64,000 nt of DNA from Anaeramoeba ignava BMAN. Lineage: Eukaryota > Protista > Anaeramoebae. The translations under genes and the position numbers were made by a program. Shown here one piece after another: positions 24,777 to 36,656 of the stretch. The stretch covers positions 124,001 through 188,000 of the forward strand of contig JAPDFW010000022.1 in NCBI GenBank assembly GCA_028826165.1, read 5' to 3'. Within the stretch, counting starts at the first letter, position 1. The number at the start of each line of letters is the position of its first letter. The notes beneath the pieces are model-generated. The model did no database searches, was not told the origin of the DNA, and was given only the letters and a program-made list of their open reading frames with translations.

Positions 24777-27071
24777 TTAAATCATTTCTGTTGCTAATTT
24801 CAACCATTCTTTTGTTTTTTCATTTTCAATTTTTGGCATAATTTTTTCAAGAATTTCTTTATTGTAATTATTTATCCATTCAATTTCTTTCTCATCTAAA
24901 AGTTCTTTTGCAATAAGTTGTCTTTCAAAAGGAATTAAAGAAATTGTTTCAAAACATAAAAATTTACCATAATCTGTGAATGAATGTTCTTTAACTAACA
25001 TAACATTTTCAATTCTAATTCCCATTTTTCCTTCTTCATAATAACCTAAAAAAAATTTTTTTTAAATATTTGAATTTAAAATTAATTCCAATTCAAATAT
25101 AAAGTTGATTTTAAATTAATTCCAATATAAAATTAATTTCAATTTAAAATTAATTCCAATTCCAATTTAAAATTAATTTCAATTCCAATTTAAAGTTGAT
25201 TTTCAATTTAAAATTAATTCCAAATTTAAAATTAATTCCAGTTCAATTTAAAGTTGATTTTTAATTTAAAATCATTTCAAATTAATCAAATATAAAGTTG
25301 ATTTTCAATTTAATCATTTCAAATTCCAAATTCCAAATTTCAAATTTAAAATTAATTTTAATTTAAATTTAAAGTTGATTTTCAATTTAAAATTATTTCA
25401 GTTTAAATATAAAGTTGATTTTCAATTTAATCATTTCAAATTCCAAATTCCAAATTCCAAATTTAAAATTAATTGAAATTCAAATTTAAAGTTAATTGAA
25501 ATTTTTTAAAAATTACCAGGTTCATTTGACAAAACCATTCCTGCAGCCAAAGTATTAGAATCATTAATCAATCTTCGAGAAAAAGAAGGAGGATACTCAT
25601 GAACATTCAAACAACAACCAACACCATGACTAGTACCATGTCTATAATCCAAGCCAACTGACCAAAGAGGGAGTCTAGTAAGAACATCAAGAAAAGCGCC
25701 GTTTGTTGTTTGATCAGGAAAAATAGCACGAGCAAGAGAAATATGACCTTTCAAAACAAGTGTGAATTTTGTCTTAATATCTTGAACTGGCAAATCTCCA
25801 AAAAAAATGGTTCTTGTTACATCGGTTGTTCCTTCAATATATTGACCACCTGAGTCAATAAGCACAACATCATTTGCTTGAATTTCTCTTGAATTTTGGG
25901 GATCGGGCTGGTAATGAATAACAGCTCCGTTTTCTCCACTTCCAACAATTGACGGGAAACTTTTCCCTAAAAAACCGTTTTGTTTTGATCTGAATTCATC
26001 AAGTTTTTCTGAAAAATCATATTCGCAAAGCTTGTTTTTCAATTCGTTTGTGCTTTCTTTGTACAGCTTCTTCTGATCATCAACCCAACTTAAAAACTCA
26101 ATCATTGCAACGGAATCTTTAATTTGTGCCGCTTTTATTGCCTTTATTTCAGACTCTGTTTTGATGCTTTTTGTTCTGTCGATTCCAACGCTTTTCAAAA
26201 TAACGTTTCCTTTGATTTTCATAAAGATTTTGTAATTTGAATGATCTGGATCAAGAAGAATATTTTCAGTTTCTTTTAAAAGATCCACTTTTTCGAAAAA
26301 GGAATCATAAGGGAAAATTTCAACGTGATTTTCTTTAAGATAATTTTCGACTTCATTGTTGATTTTTTTCGGATCAATAAAAAACAAAACGGAATTGTTT
26401 GTGACGATCAAATAAGAGATAACCACAGGATTGCATTCAATATCACTTCCGCGAATATTAAGAATCCACGCAATATCATCAAGCTTAGAAATAATGCACA
26501 CAGTAGCGTTATTTAAATCCATTTGATTTCGAATAAAAATAATTTTTTCTTCTGTTGATTTGCCGGAAATTTCTAACGGAAAAAGAAAAGCAGGATTTGG
26601 TTCGCTTTTGGGTCTAAGATCTGCCCAAACAAGATCAACAAGATTTGTCTCGATGCTTTTGAATGTGATGTTTGGGTTTTTTTGAGTGACTTTTTGCTGC
26701 CAGATTTGGAAATCACTAAGAGAAACAACTTCTGGATCGAATCCAATTTTAATTTGAGAATTTTTAACGGAAAAATTATTCAAAATAAATTGTTCCAGTG
26801 TCTCAACATAAAGAGCTATTTTCATTAATTTCCACCCATTTTCCAGTTGCTTTTCTGCTTGAATCCAATACCGTGAGTCTGTCCATAAAAGTGCGTCTTC
26901 CATTGTTATAAGTGCTCGTCCTGCTGAACCACTAAATCCACTTATAAATTCTCTTCGTTTGTAATTTTGTGGTGTGTATTCGCTCATGTGACTGTCTTCG
27001 CTAGGGATTATGTACCCTTCTATTCCTTCTTTTTGCATTAATTCGCGTATTTTTGTTAATTTGGTGTTCAT
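24777..27071 (-). CDS. XPNPEP1: Xaa-Pro aminopeptidase (aminopeptidase P, M24B)
   Basis: Exons 27071-25517 and 25045-24777. DSHMSEY, SGFSGSAG, WTDSRY, NGAVIHY, DSGGQYIEGTTDVTRT, HGTSHGVG..LNVHE, SNEPGYYEEGKMGIRIEN. Confidence 0.93.
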
Positions 27072-27145
27072 TTGATTTTTATTTTTTTGAAAAATGAAAA
27101 ATTAAAATTCATTTTTTTATTTTTCATTTTTTTACTTTTTTAAAA

Positions 27146-28922
27146 ATGAATGAAATTTTATTTTTTGGTCAAAATGAAAATCCAATACTTATAAAAAATG
27201 AATCAAATAGAATAACAAAACCAATTCAATTTAAATTTGAAAATGAAAATGAAAATGAAAATGAAAAACAAATTAAACAAATTTCATCAGGAAGATTCTC
27301 AACAATTTTCCTTTTTAAAAATGGAAAAGCAATAGAATATTTAAAAGAAGATGATTCCAAATCAAAATCCTGAAAAAATCCAAATTGAAGAAAATATTCA
27401 AAAAGTAACTGTTGGTGTTCAAAATGAAGCTATTTTAACAATAGAAGGAAATGTATTTGCAAAAGGAAGAGATATTAATCCATATAATCCAACTGAATTT
27501 ATCAATATTTCATCATTAATTGAAGATACAAACGATAGAATAATTGAAGATATTGTTTCTGGAGCTCATGCAATTTATTTATTAACTTCAAATCAAAATG
27601 TTTATGGAATTGGTTCAAATGAATATGGCCAACTTGGTTTTGATTCTAAAACACTTCCAAAAACAGAAAAACCAATTTTAATAATGAAAAATGTTTCTAA
27701 AATATTTTCAGGAAATACTTCAAATCATGTTTTTCTTTTAAATCCAAATCAAGAATTATTTGTATGCGGATTTAATATATATGGTCAAGTTGGATTAGGA
27801 GAATCAAGAAAAGAAGAAATAAAAATCCAAAAATTAACCAAAATCCAAAATATTCCAAAAGGCAAAATAATTGATATTCAATGTGGAAATTATTTTTCAA
27901 TAATGTTGATTGAAGATGAAAATGAAAATCCAAAAAGAAAACTTTATTCATGTGGAGATTATACATATACAGGACTTAATAAAAATTCTCATATTCATCA
28001 ATTTACTGAAATCAAATCATCTTTATTTGAAAATGATGATAATATTATTGATTTTTCTGTTGGAGGTTATCATACTTTGATTTTAACTTCCAATTCAAAA
28101 TTAATAGGATTTGGAGATAATTACTTTGGTCAATTAGGAACTAGAGATACAAATAATCAAAAAATTCCAATTCAAATTGAACTTCCTAAATTAAGATTTA
28201 ATGAAGATATTTCTAATTATCATGTTCTTTGTGGAAATTTCAATAATTCATTTCTTTATTATTCTCTTACTTCTTTTTCCAATCTTGAAGAAGATTTGAT
28301 AAAATTATTTGAAAGAAAAGAATTTTGTGATATTTCATTTAAAACCAAAAATGGAGAAATAATCAAAGCTCATAAATTAATATTGAAATATAGATTAAAT
28401 CAAAATGAAAATCAAATTGAAAAACTTCAAGAAATTATTTCAAAAAAATCAATTAAAGAATCAAATCAAATATTTGAAATGATTTATTCAAACAGAATAA
28501 TAAATCCAAAATTATATTCTGAAATTAAAGAAATTATAAATTCCAATGAAAAAATTGAAGAAACAATGAAAAGAATTTATTTAAATGAAAATGAAAATGA
28601 AAAAGATTTTATAATTGAAAGAAAAGAAAAACAATATAAATTTCCCAAATTAATATTAATAATGAGAAGTGAATTATATCGAGGAATGTTTTTATCCGTA
28701 ACAGAAGATAAATCTAATAAAGTTACAGATTATAGTGAATTAAGTAAAGAATCATTTCAAATATTTGAATATTGGATTTATTCAAATCAAATTAAAGATG
28801 AAATTCAAATTACACAAGAAATAATTGATGAAATTCAAATTGGAATTGATTATTTTCAATTAAATCAAACAAATCCAAATTTATTTGATTTATTAATTAA
28901 CAAATTTAATAATCAAAATTAA
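27146..28922 (+). CDS. RCC1-repeat + BTB protein (copy 1; 1-nt frameshift near 27360)
   Basis: ORFs 27146..27373 and 27351..28922 together align to the intact paralog at 29089. RCC1 motifs GSNEYGQLG, SVGGYHTLILT, GDNYFGQLG; BTB FCDISF..IKAHKLIL, RSELYRGMF. Confidence 0.85.
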
Positions 28923-29088
28923 AATTAAAATCAAAATTAAAATTAAAATCAAAATCAAAATTAAAATTAAAATTAAAATTAAAATTAAAATTAAAATTAA
29001 AATTAAAATTAAAATTAAAATTAAAATCAAAATTAAAATTAAAATTAAAATTAAAAATATTTTTTTCATTTTTTTTCTTTTTTTAAAA

Positions 29089-30864
29089 ATGAATGATTGT
29101 TTATTTTTTGGTTTAAATGAAAATCCAAAACTTATCAAAAATGAACCAAATGAAATAAAAAAACCAATTCAATTTAAATTTGAAAATGAAAATGAAAATG
29201 AAAATGAAAAACAAATTAAACAAATTTCATCAGGAGATTTCTCAATAATTTTCCTTTTTGAAAATGGAAAAGCAATAGAACATTTAAATGAAAATTATTC
29301 AAAGCAAAAACCTGAAAAAATCCAAATTGTAGAAAATATTCAAAAAGTAACTGTTGGTTATGAAGATGAAGCTATTTTAACAATAGAAAGAAATGTATTT
29401 GCAAAAGGAAAAAATATTAATCCAAAAAATCCAAAAGAATTTATCAATATTTCATCATTAATTGAAGATTCAAATGATAGAATAATTCAAGATATTGTTT
29501 CTGGAAGAAATACAATCTACTTATTAACTTCAAATCAAAATGCTTATGGAATTGGTTTAAATGAAGATGGTCAACTTGGTTTTGATTCTATAACACTTTT
29601 CAAAACAGAAAAACCAATTTTAATGATGAAAAATGTTTCTAAAATATTTTCAGGAAATACTTCAGAACATGTTTTTCTTTTAAATTCAAATCAAGAATTA
29701 TTTGGATGCGGAAATAATATATATGGTAAACTTGGATTAGGAGAATCAAGAAAAAAAGAAATAAAAATCCAAAAATTAACCAAAATCCAAAATATTCCAA
29801 AAGGCAAAATAATTGATATTCAATGTGGGCATGCTTATTCAATAATATTGATTGAAAATGAAAATGAAAATCCAAAAAGAAAACTTTATTCATGTGGAGA
29901 TTATGAATTTAATGGATTTGGCAAAAAAAATAAAGATACTTATGAATTTACTGAAATCAAATCATCTTTATTTGAAAATGATGATAATATTCTTGAAATT
30001 TCTGTTGGAAATGCTCATACTTTGATTTTAACATCAAATTCAAAATTGATTGGATTTGGATGGAATCAATATGGTCAATTAGGAACTGGAGATACATATA
30101 ATCAATTAATTCCTATTCAAATTGAACTTCCTAAATTAAGATTTAATGAAAATATTTATAATTATCATATTTCTTGTGGATTGTATAAATCATTTATTTA
30201 TTATTCTCCTTTTCTTTCTTCTTTTTCCAATCTTGAAGAAGATTTGATAAAATTATTTGAAAGAAAAGAATTTTGTGATATTTCATTTAAAACCAAAAAT
30301 GGAGAAATAATCAAAGCTCATAAATTAATATTGAAATATAGATTAAATCAAAATGAAATTGAAATTGAAAAACTTCAAGAAATTATTTCAAATAAATCAA
30401 TTAAAGAATCAAATCAAATATTTGAAATGATTTATTCAAATAGAATAATAAATCCAATATTATATTCTGAAATTAAAGAAATTATAAATTCCAATGAAAA
30501 AATTGAAGAAACAATTAAAAGAATTTATTTAAATGAAAATGAAAATGAAAAAGATTTTATAATTGAAAGAAAAGAAAAACAATATAAATTTCCTAAATTA
30601 ATATTAATAATGAGAAGTGAATTATATCGAGGAATGTTTTTATCTGTAACAGAAGATAAATCAAACAAAGTTACAGATTATAGTGAATTAAGTAATAAAT
30701 CATTTCAAATATTAGAATATTGGATTTATTCAAATCAAATTAAAGATGAAATTCAAATTACACAAGAAATAATTGATGAAATTGAAATTGGAATTGATTA
30801 TTTTCAATTAAATCAAACAAATCCAAATTTATTTGATTTATTAATTAACAAATTTAAAAATTAA
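29089..30864 (+). CDS. RCC1-repeat + BTB protein (copy 2, intact, intronless)
   Basis: 591-aa ORF, tandem paralog of copy 1. Confidence 0.9.
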   Translation: MNDCLFFGLNENPKLIKNEPNEIKKPIQFKFENENENENEKQIKQISSGDFSIIFLFENGKAIEHLNENYSKQKPEKIQIVENIQKVTVGYEDEAILTIERNVFAKGKNINPKNPKEFINISSLIEDSNDRIIQDIVSGRNTIYLLTSNQNAYGIGLNEDGQLGFDSITLFKTEKPILMMKNVSKIFSGNTSEHVFLLNSNQELFGCGNNIYGKLGLGESRKKEIKIQKLTKIQNIPKGKIIDIQCGHAYSIILIENENENPKRKLYSCGDYEFNGFGKKNKDTYEFTEIKSSLFENDDNILEISVGNAHTLILTSNSKLIGFGWNQYGQLGTGDTYNQLIPIQIELPKLRFNENIYNYHISCGLYKSFIYYSPFLSSFSNLEEDLIKLFERKEFCDISFKTKNGEIIKAHKLILKYRLNQNEIEIEKLQEIISNKSIKESNQIFEMIYSNRIINPILYSEIKEIINSNEKIEETIKRIYLNENENEKDFIIERKEKQYKFPKLILIMRSELYRGMFLSVTEDKSNKVTDYSELSNKSFQILEYWIYSNQIKDEIQITQEIIDEIEIGIDYFQLNQTNPNLFDLLINKFKN

Positions 30865-30869
30865 AATTA

Positions 30870-31720
30870 ATAAAGAAAATGGGAACAGATTTAATTTAAA
30901 ATTTAATTTATAAATTAATTTAAAAATATAATTTAATATTTAATTCCATTATTAAAATAATAATTTATTGTTTTAGATTTAAATATTTTATTATTTAAAA
31001 ATTAAACATATAAATATAAAAAATGAAAATAGATTTAATTTAATATTTAATTTATAAATTAATTTAAAAATATAATTTAATATTTAATTTTATTATTAAA
31101 ATAATAATTTATTGTTTTAGATTTAAATATTTTATTATTTAAAAATTTAACATATAAATATAAAAATAAGAATAGATTTAATTTAATATTTAATTTATAA
31201 ATTAATTTAAAAATATAATTTAATATTTAATTTTATTATTAAAATAATAATTTAATGTTTTAGATTTAAATATTTTATTATTAAAATATTTACATATAAA
31301 TATAAAAATGAAAATAGATTTAATTTAATATTTAAATTATAAATTAATTTAAAAATATAATTTAATATTTAATTTTATGTTTAAAATAATAATTTATTGT
31401 TTTAGATTTAAATATTTTATTATTTAAATATTAAACATATAAATATAAAAATGAAAATAGATTTAATTTAATATTTAATTTATAAATTAATTTAAAAATA
31501 TAATTTAATATTTAATTTTATGTTTAAAATAATAATTTAATGTTTTAGATTTAAATATTTTATTATTTAAATATTTAAAATATAAATATAAAAATGAAAA
31601 TAGATTTAATTTAAAGTTTAATTTATAAATCAATTTAAAAATATAATTTAATATTTAATTTTATGTTTAAAATAATAATTTATTGTTTTAGATTTAAATA
31701 TTTTATTATTTAAAAATATT
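30870..31720. repeat. AT-rich satellite A, ~143-bp unit, ~6 copies
   Basis: The anchor AGATTTAATTTAA recurs near 30887, 31031, 31174, 31315, 31459, 31602. Confidence 0.88.
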
Positions 31721-32017
31721 TTCAATTTTTTACTTTATTAAATAATTTTTTAATAATAAATTATAATTGATTTGTTTCCTATTTTATATTTTATAAAATG
31801 TTTTACAATTAATAATAATTAATTTCTATTTTCAATGTTTATATATTTTTGATTTTTCTTTTTTTCAATTTAATCTTCTTTTTAATAATATTTTTAAATT
31901 AAAATTAAATTGTTTAAAATTAGGTTTGTTTCTTATTTATTTATTTGAAGAATTTAAATTGATTGAAAGTAAATGAAAATTGAATTGAATTTTGAAAAAA
32001 AAATGAAAAAAAAGTTT

Positions 32018-35000
32018 TTAAATGAAATAAGTCTCAAGTTCATCAACAAACCATTCATCAAAAGAACCAGCTAAACAACTTCTAGCTTCATTTGTATCAT
32101 ACTTAATTCCATTAGGTAGATTATAACTAAAACCAAAATTTGAATAACCAGATTGTAAATCAGAATCTATCCAAATATCAGCTATAAATATTTTAATAAA
32201 GATAAATAATTAATTTTAATAATAATTAATAATAATTTAATTTAAAATTAATTTTATTTTAAATTTAAATAATAATATTATTTATTATATTAATATTTTG
32301 GATTATTTATTAATTTAATTTTAATTATAATAATAAATATTTATTAAATATATATTATTTACGATCTATTTTAATAAAGATAAATATTTAATTTTAATAA
32401 TAATTAATAATATTTTAATTTTAATTTTTTTTAAATTGAAATAATAATATTATTTATTATATTAATATTTTGGATTATTTATTAATTTAATTTTAATTAT
32501 AATAATAATTATTTGTTAAATATAAATTATTTACCATCTATTTAAATAAAGATAAATAATTAATTTTAATAATAATTAATAATAATTTAATTTTATTTTT
32601 AAATTGAAATAATAATATTATTTATTATATTAATATTTTGGATTATTTATTAATTTAATTTTTAATTATAATAATAATTATTTATTAAATAAAAATTATT
32701 TACCATCTATTTTTAATAAAGATAAATAATTAATTTTAATAATAATTAATAATAATTTTATTTAAAATTAATTTTATTTTAAATTTAAATAATAATATTA
32801 TTTATTATATTAATATTTTTGGATTATTTATTAATTTAATTTTAATTATAATAATAAATATTTATTAAATATATATTATTTACAAACTATTTTAATAAAG
32901 ATAAATAATTAATTTTTAATAATAATTAATAATAATTTTATTTAAAATTAATTTTATTTTAAATTGAAATAATAATATTATTTATTATATTAATATTTTG
33001 GATTATTTATTAATTTAATTTTTAATTATAATAATAAATATTTATTAAATATTAATTATTTACCATCTATTTTAAATAAAGATAAATAATTAATTTTAAT
33101 AATAATTAATAATAATTTAATTTTATTTTAAATTGAAATAATAATATTATTTATTATATTAATATTTTGGATTATTTATTAATTTAATTTTAATTATAAT
33201 AATAATTATTTGTTAAATATAAATTATTTACCATCTATTTAAATAAAGATAAATAATTAATTTTAATAATAATTAATAATAATTTAATTTTATTTTAAAT
33301 TGAAATAATAATATTATTTATTATATTAATATTTTGGATTATTTATTAATTTAATTTTAATTATAATAATAATTATTTATTAAATAAAAATTATTTACCA
33401 TCTATTTTAAATAAAGATAAATAATTAATTTTAATAATAATTAATAATAATTTTATTTAAAATTAATTTTATTTTTAAATTGAAATAATAATATTATTTA
33501 TTATATTAATATTTTAGATTATTTATTAATTTAATTTTAATTATAATAATAAATATTTATTAAATATAAATTATTTACCATCTATTTAAATAAAGATAAA
33601 TAATAATTTATTTTTAAAATTAATTTTATTTTTAAATTAAAAATAATAATATTATTTATTATATTAATATTTTGGATTATTTATTAATTTAATTTTAATT
33701 ATAATAATAAATATTTATTAAATATATATTATTTACTAACTATTTTAATAAAGATAAATAATTAATTTTAATAATAATTAATAATAATTTAATTTAAAAT
33801 TAATTTTATTTTAAATTAAAATAATAATATTATTTATTATATTAATATTTTGGATTATTTATTAATTTAATTTTAATTATAATAATAAATATTTATTAAA
33901 TAAAAATTATTTATATTTACCTCCTCCAAAAATTGGACCATAATTTAAATAATAAAGAAGTGCATGTTTTTCTTCTCCTTTTTGAATTGTAAACTTCTCT
34001 GGTTTTCTATCTCCTTTACCATTTCTTAATGAAAAAATAAATGAATTTGAATCTGGAATATTTCCATAATCATCGTTTCTATCTTCTTCTCTCCATTTTG
34101 ATTTATCATTTGTCCATCCAACTTGAGTAAATCCTCCAAAAATAAAATTATCTTTTGTTTTGATAATAACTAATGTTTTTCCTTTATCATCACAAATTGA
34201 ATGCCAATTTTTAGAATTAAATCCATCTTTTTTTGCTGAAAATCCTTTTTTCATTTTAGAAAAAAAATCATTATCATTTATCCATTCTTGTAATTTCTTA
34301 ACATATTCAATATCTTGAATAATTTCTGAATCTGAAAGAAATCTTTGTTTAAAAATGAATGAATTTCGATTTTGATTTTCTTTTTCAATGAATTCATTTA
34401 ATTCATTTAATTTTTCTTTATCATTTTGAATAATTTGAAATTGAATTAATTTTTGTGAAATTTGATTTGGAATTAAATCTTCTTTCAAACTATCTTCAAG
34501 TTCTTGGTTTGTGAAATCAATAAATCTGATTTTATCAATAATATTTGAAATTTGATTTTGTAATTTTTCTTTTTCTTCTTTTTCAAGTTTTTGATTTTCT
34601 TTTTCTTGAATAATATTTGATTTATGTTTTCCCCATTTGATTATTGATTGGAAAATTTTAAATTCATTTGTTAGAATATAATCATTTGATAAAATTGAAT
34701 TTAAATGATTTTCTTCAAGTTCAAGAAAAAATGGAGTTTTAATAAATTCTTCAAAATTTTTTGAAATAAATTTATAAGAAGAATTCAATAATTGATTTAA
34801 GTTCATTGATTCAGATAATTTAAGAACATCAACAATAGTTTCAATTTGTAAATTGTTTTTGATAAAATTTAAACAAATTTCAGTTAATTCATCAATAAAA
34901 TATTTTGATGAAAAAATTAAAATTTCTATTGCATTTTCTAAATTAATTTCAATTTTTCCTGAATAAAAATAATTCAAAATTGAAGATAGAATTGAACTTG

Positions 35001-35235
35001 AAACATCTTTTAGAATCATTTTATTTTCTTGATATTCTTTCATTTTTGATTTGAAAAGAGATTTAAAATATTGACTTCTTGAAGAAAGAATTGATTTATG
35101 AGTTTTAAATGAAGTTTTGTTTTGTTCACAAATTATTTCAAAATCAAAATAACTTTCTTCTTCTTTTTCATTTTGATTTTGAAATAAATTTTTTAAATCA
35201 TTTGAAAGTTTTTCTAAATTTAAATAAGTTTCCAT
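32018..35235 (-). CDS. BTB-BACK-TLDc protein with micro-exon array in the TLDc domain
   Basis: Exon 35235-33921 (BTB FKTHKSILSSRSQYFKSLF, BACK, TLDc KDGFNSKNWHSICDDKGKTLVIIKT..FIFGGFT..GPIFGG). Terminal exon 32181-32018 (DIWIDSDLQSGYSNFGFSYNLP...WFVDELETYFI*) matches the C-terminus of paralog 37660..38265. Confidence 0.88.
32182..33920 (-). other. Tandem array of 10 near-identical introns (155-181 nt) separated by nine 3-nt micro-exons
   Basis: On the minus strand each junction reads AAATAG|NNN|GTAAATAA. Micro-exons 5'->3': TTA 33739-37, ATG 33581-79, ATG 33401-399, ATG 33234-32, ATG 33066-64, TTT 32886-84, ATG 32706-04, ATG 32537-35, ATC 32365-63. Full inclusion (phase 1) gives GG-VNDDDVYDDP-DIW. 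Confidence 0.78.
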
Positions 35236-35277
35236 TTTAAATAAAATTTGAAAGAAAAAAAATGAAAAAAATGAAAA

Positions 35278-36270
35278 AATGAAAATAGATTTGATTTAAT
35301 ATTTAATTTATAAATTAATTTAAAAATATAATTTAATATTTAATTCAATTATTAAAATAATAATTTAATGTTTTAGATTTAAATATTTTATTATTTAAAT
35401 ATTTAACATATAAATATAAAAAATAAGAATAGATTTAATTTAATATTTAATTTATAAATTAATTTAAAAATATAATTTAATATTTAATTTCATTATTAAA
35501 ATAATAATTTATTGTTTTAGATTTAAATATTTTATTATTTAAAAATTTAACATAAAAATATAAAAATGAAAATAAGTTTAATTTAATATTTAATTTAATA
35601 AATTAATTTAAAAATATAATTTAATATTTAATTTCATTATTAAAATAATAATTTATTGTTTTAGATTTAAATATTTTATTATTTAAATATTTAACATATA
35701 AATATAAAAAATAAGAATAGATTTAATTTAATATTTAATTTATAAATTAATTTAAAAATATAATTTAATATTTAGTTTTATGTTTAAAATAATAATTTAA
35801 TGTTTTAGATTTAAATATTTTATTATTTCAAATATTTAACATATAAATATAAAAAATAAGAATAGATTTAATTTAATATTTAATTTATAAATTAATTTAA
35901 AAATATAATTTAATATTTATTTTTATGTTTAAAATAATAATTTAATGTTTTTTAGATTTAAATATTTTATTATTTCAATATTTAACATATAAATAAAGAA
36001 AATAAGAATAGATTTAATTTAATATTTAATTTATAAATTAATTTAAAAATATAATTTAATATTTAATTCTATTATTAAAATAATAATTTAATGTTTTTTA
36101 GATTTAAATATTTTCTTTATTTAAATATTTAACATATAAATATAAAAATAAGAATAGATTTAATTTAATATTTAATTTATAAATTAATTTAAAAATATAA
36201 TTTAATATTTAATTTTATTATTAAAATATTAATTTAATGTTTTAAATTTAAATATTTTATTATTTAAAAA
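35278..36270. repeat. AT-rich satellite A, ~145-bp unit, ~7 copies (same family and orientation as 30870-31720)
   Basis: Same unit (AATAGATTTAATTTAATATTTAATTTATAAATT...GTTTTAGATTTAAATATTTT). Confidence 0.88.
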
Positions 36271-36656
36271 TATTTTGAAAATTGATTTTTGAAATTAAAA
36301 TTTTATCTTTTTTTTGAATTAAATTGAATTAATATTAATTTGGAAATTTGTTTTAAAATTTAAATTTATTAATAATTTTTAAATTTCAAAAAAAAATTAA
36401 ATTAAAAATTAAATTAAAATAATTTTCCTTTTTTTTAATAAAAAATTAATAAAAAAATAATAATTTAATAATAAATTAATTTAAAATAATAAATTAAAAA
36501 GAAAATTAAATTAATTATTAATTTAAATTTATTCTTATTTTTATATTTTTATTTATTTTCAAAATCCACTTTTTTTATTCATTTTTTTCCTTTTTTTTAA
36601 AACATAAAAAACAAAAACAAAAAACAAAAAACAAAAAACAAAAAACAAAAAACAAA

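Noticed and set aside
25517-27071. Horizontal transfer of the higher-GC aminopeptidase exon
   Set aside because: It has a spliceosomal intron and a eukaryote-type XPNPEP1 layout, and clearly eukaryotic genes here (RasGEF, RagC) show the same GC elevation.
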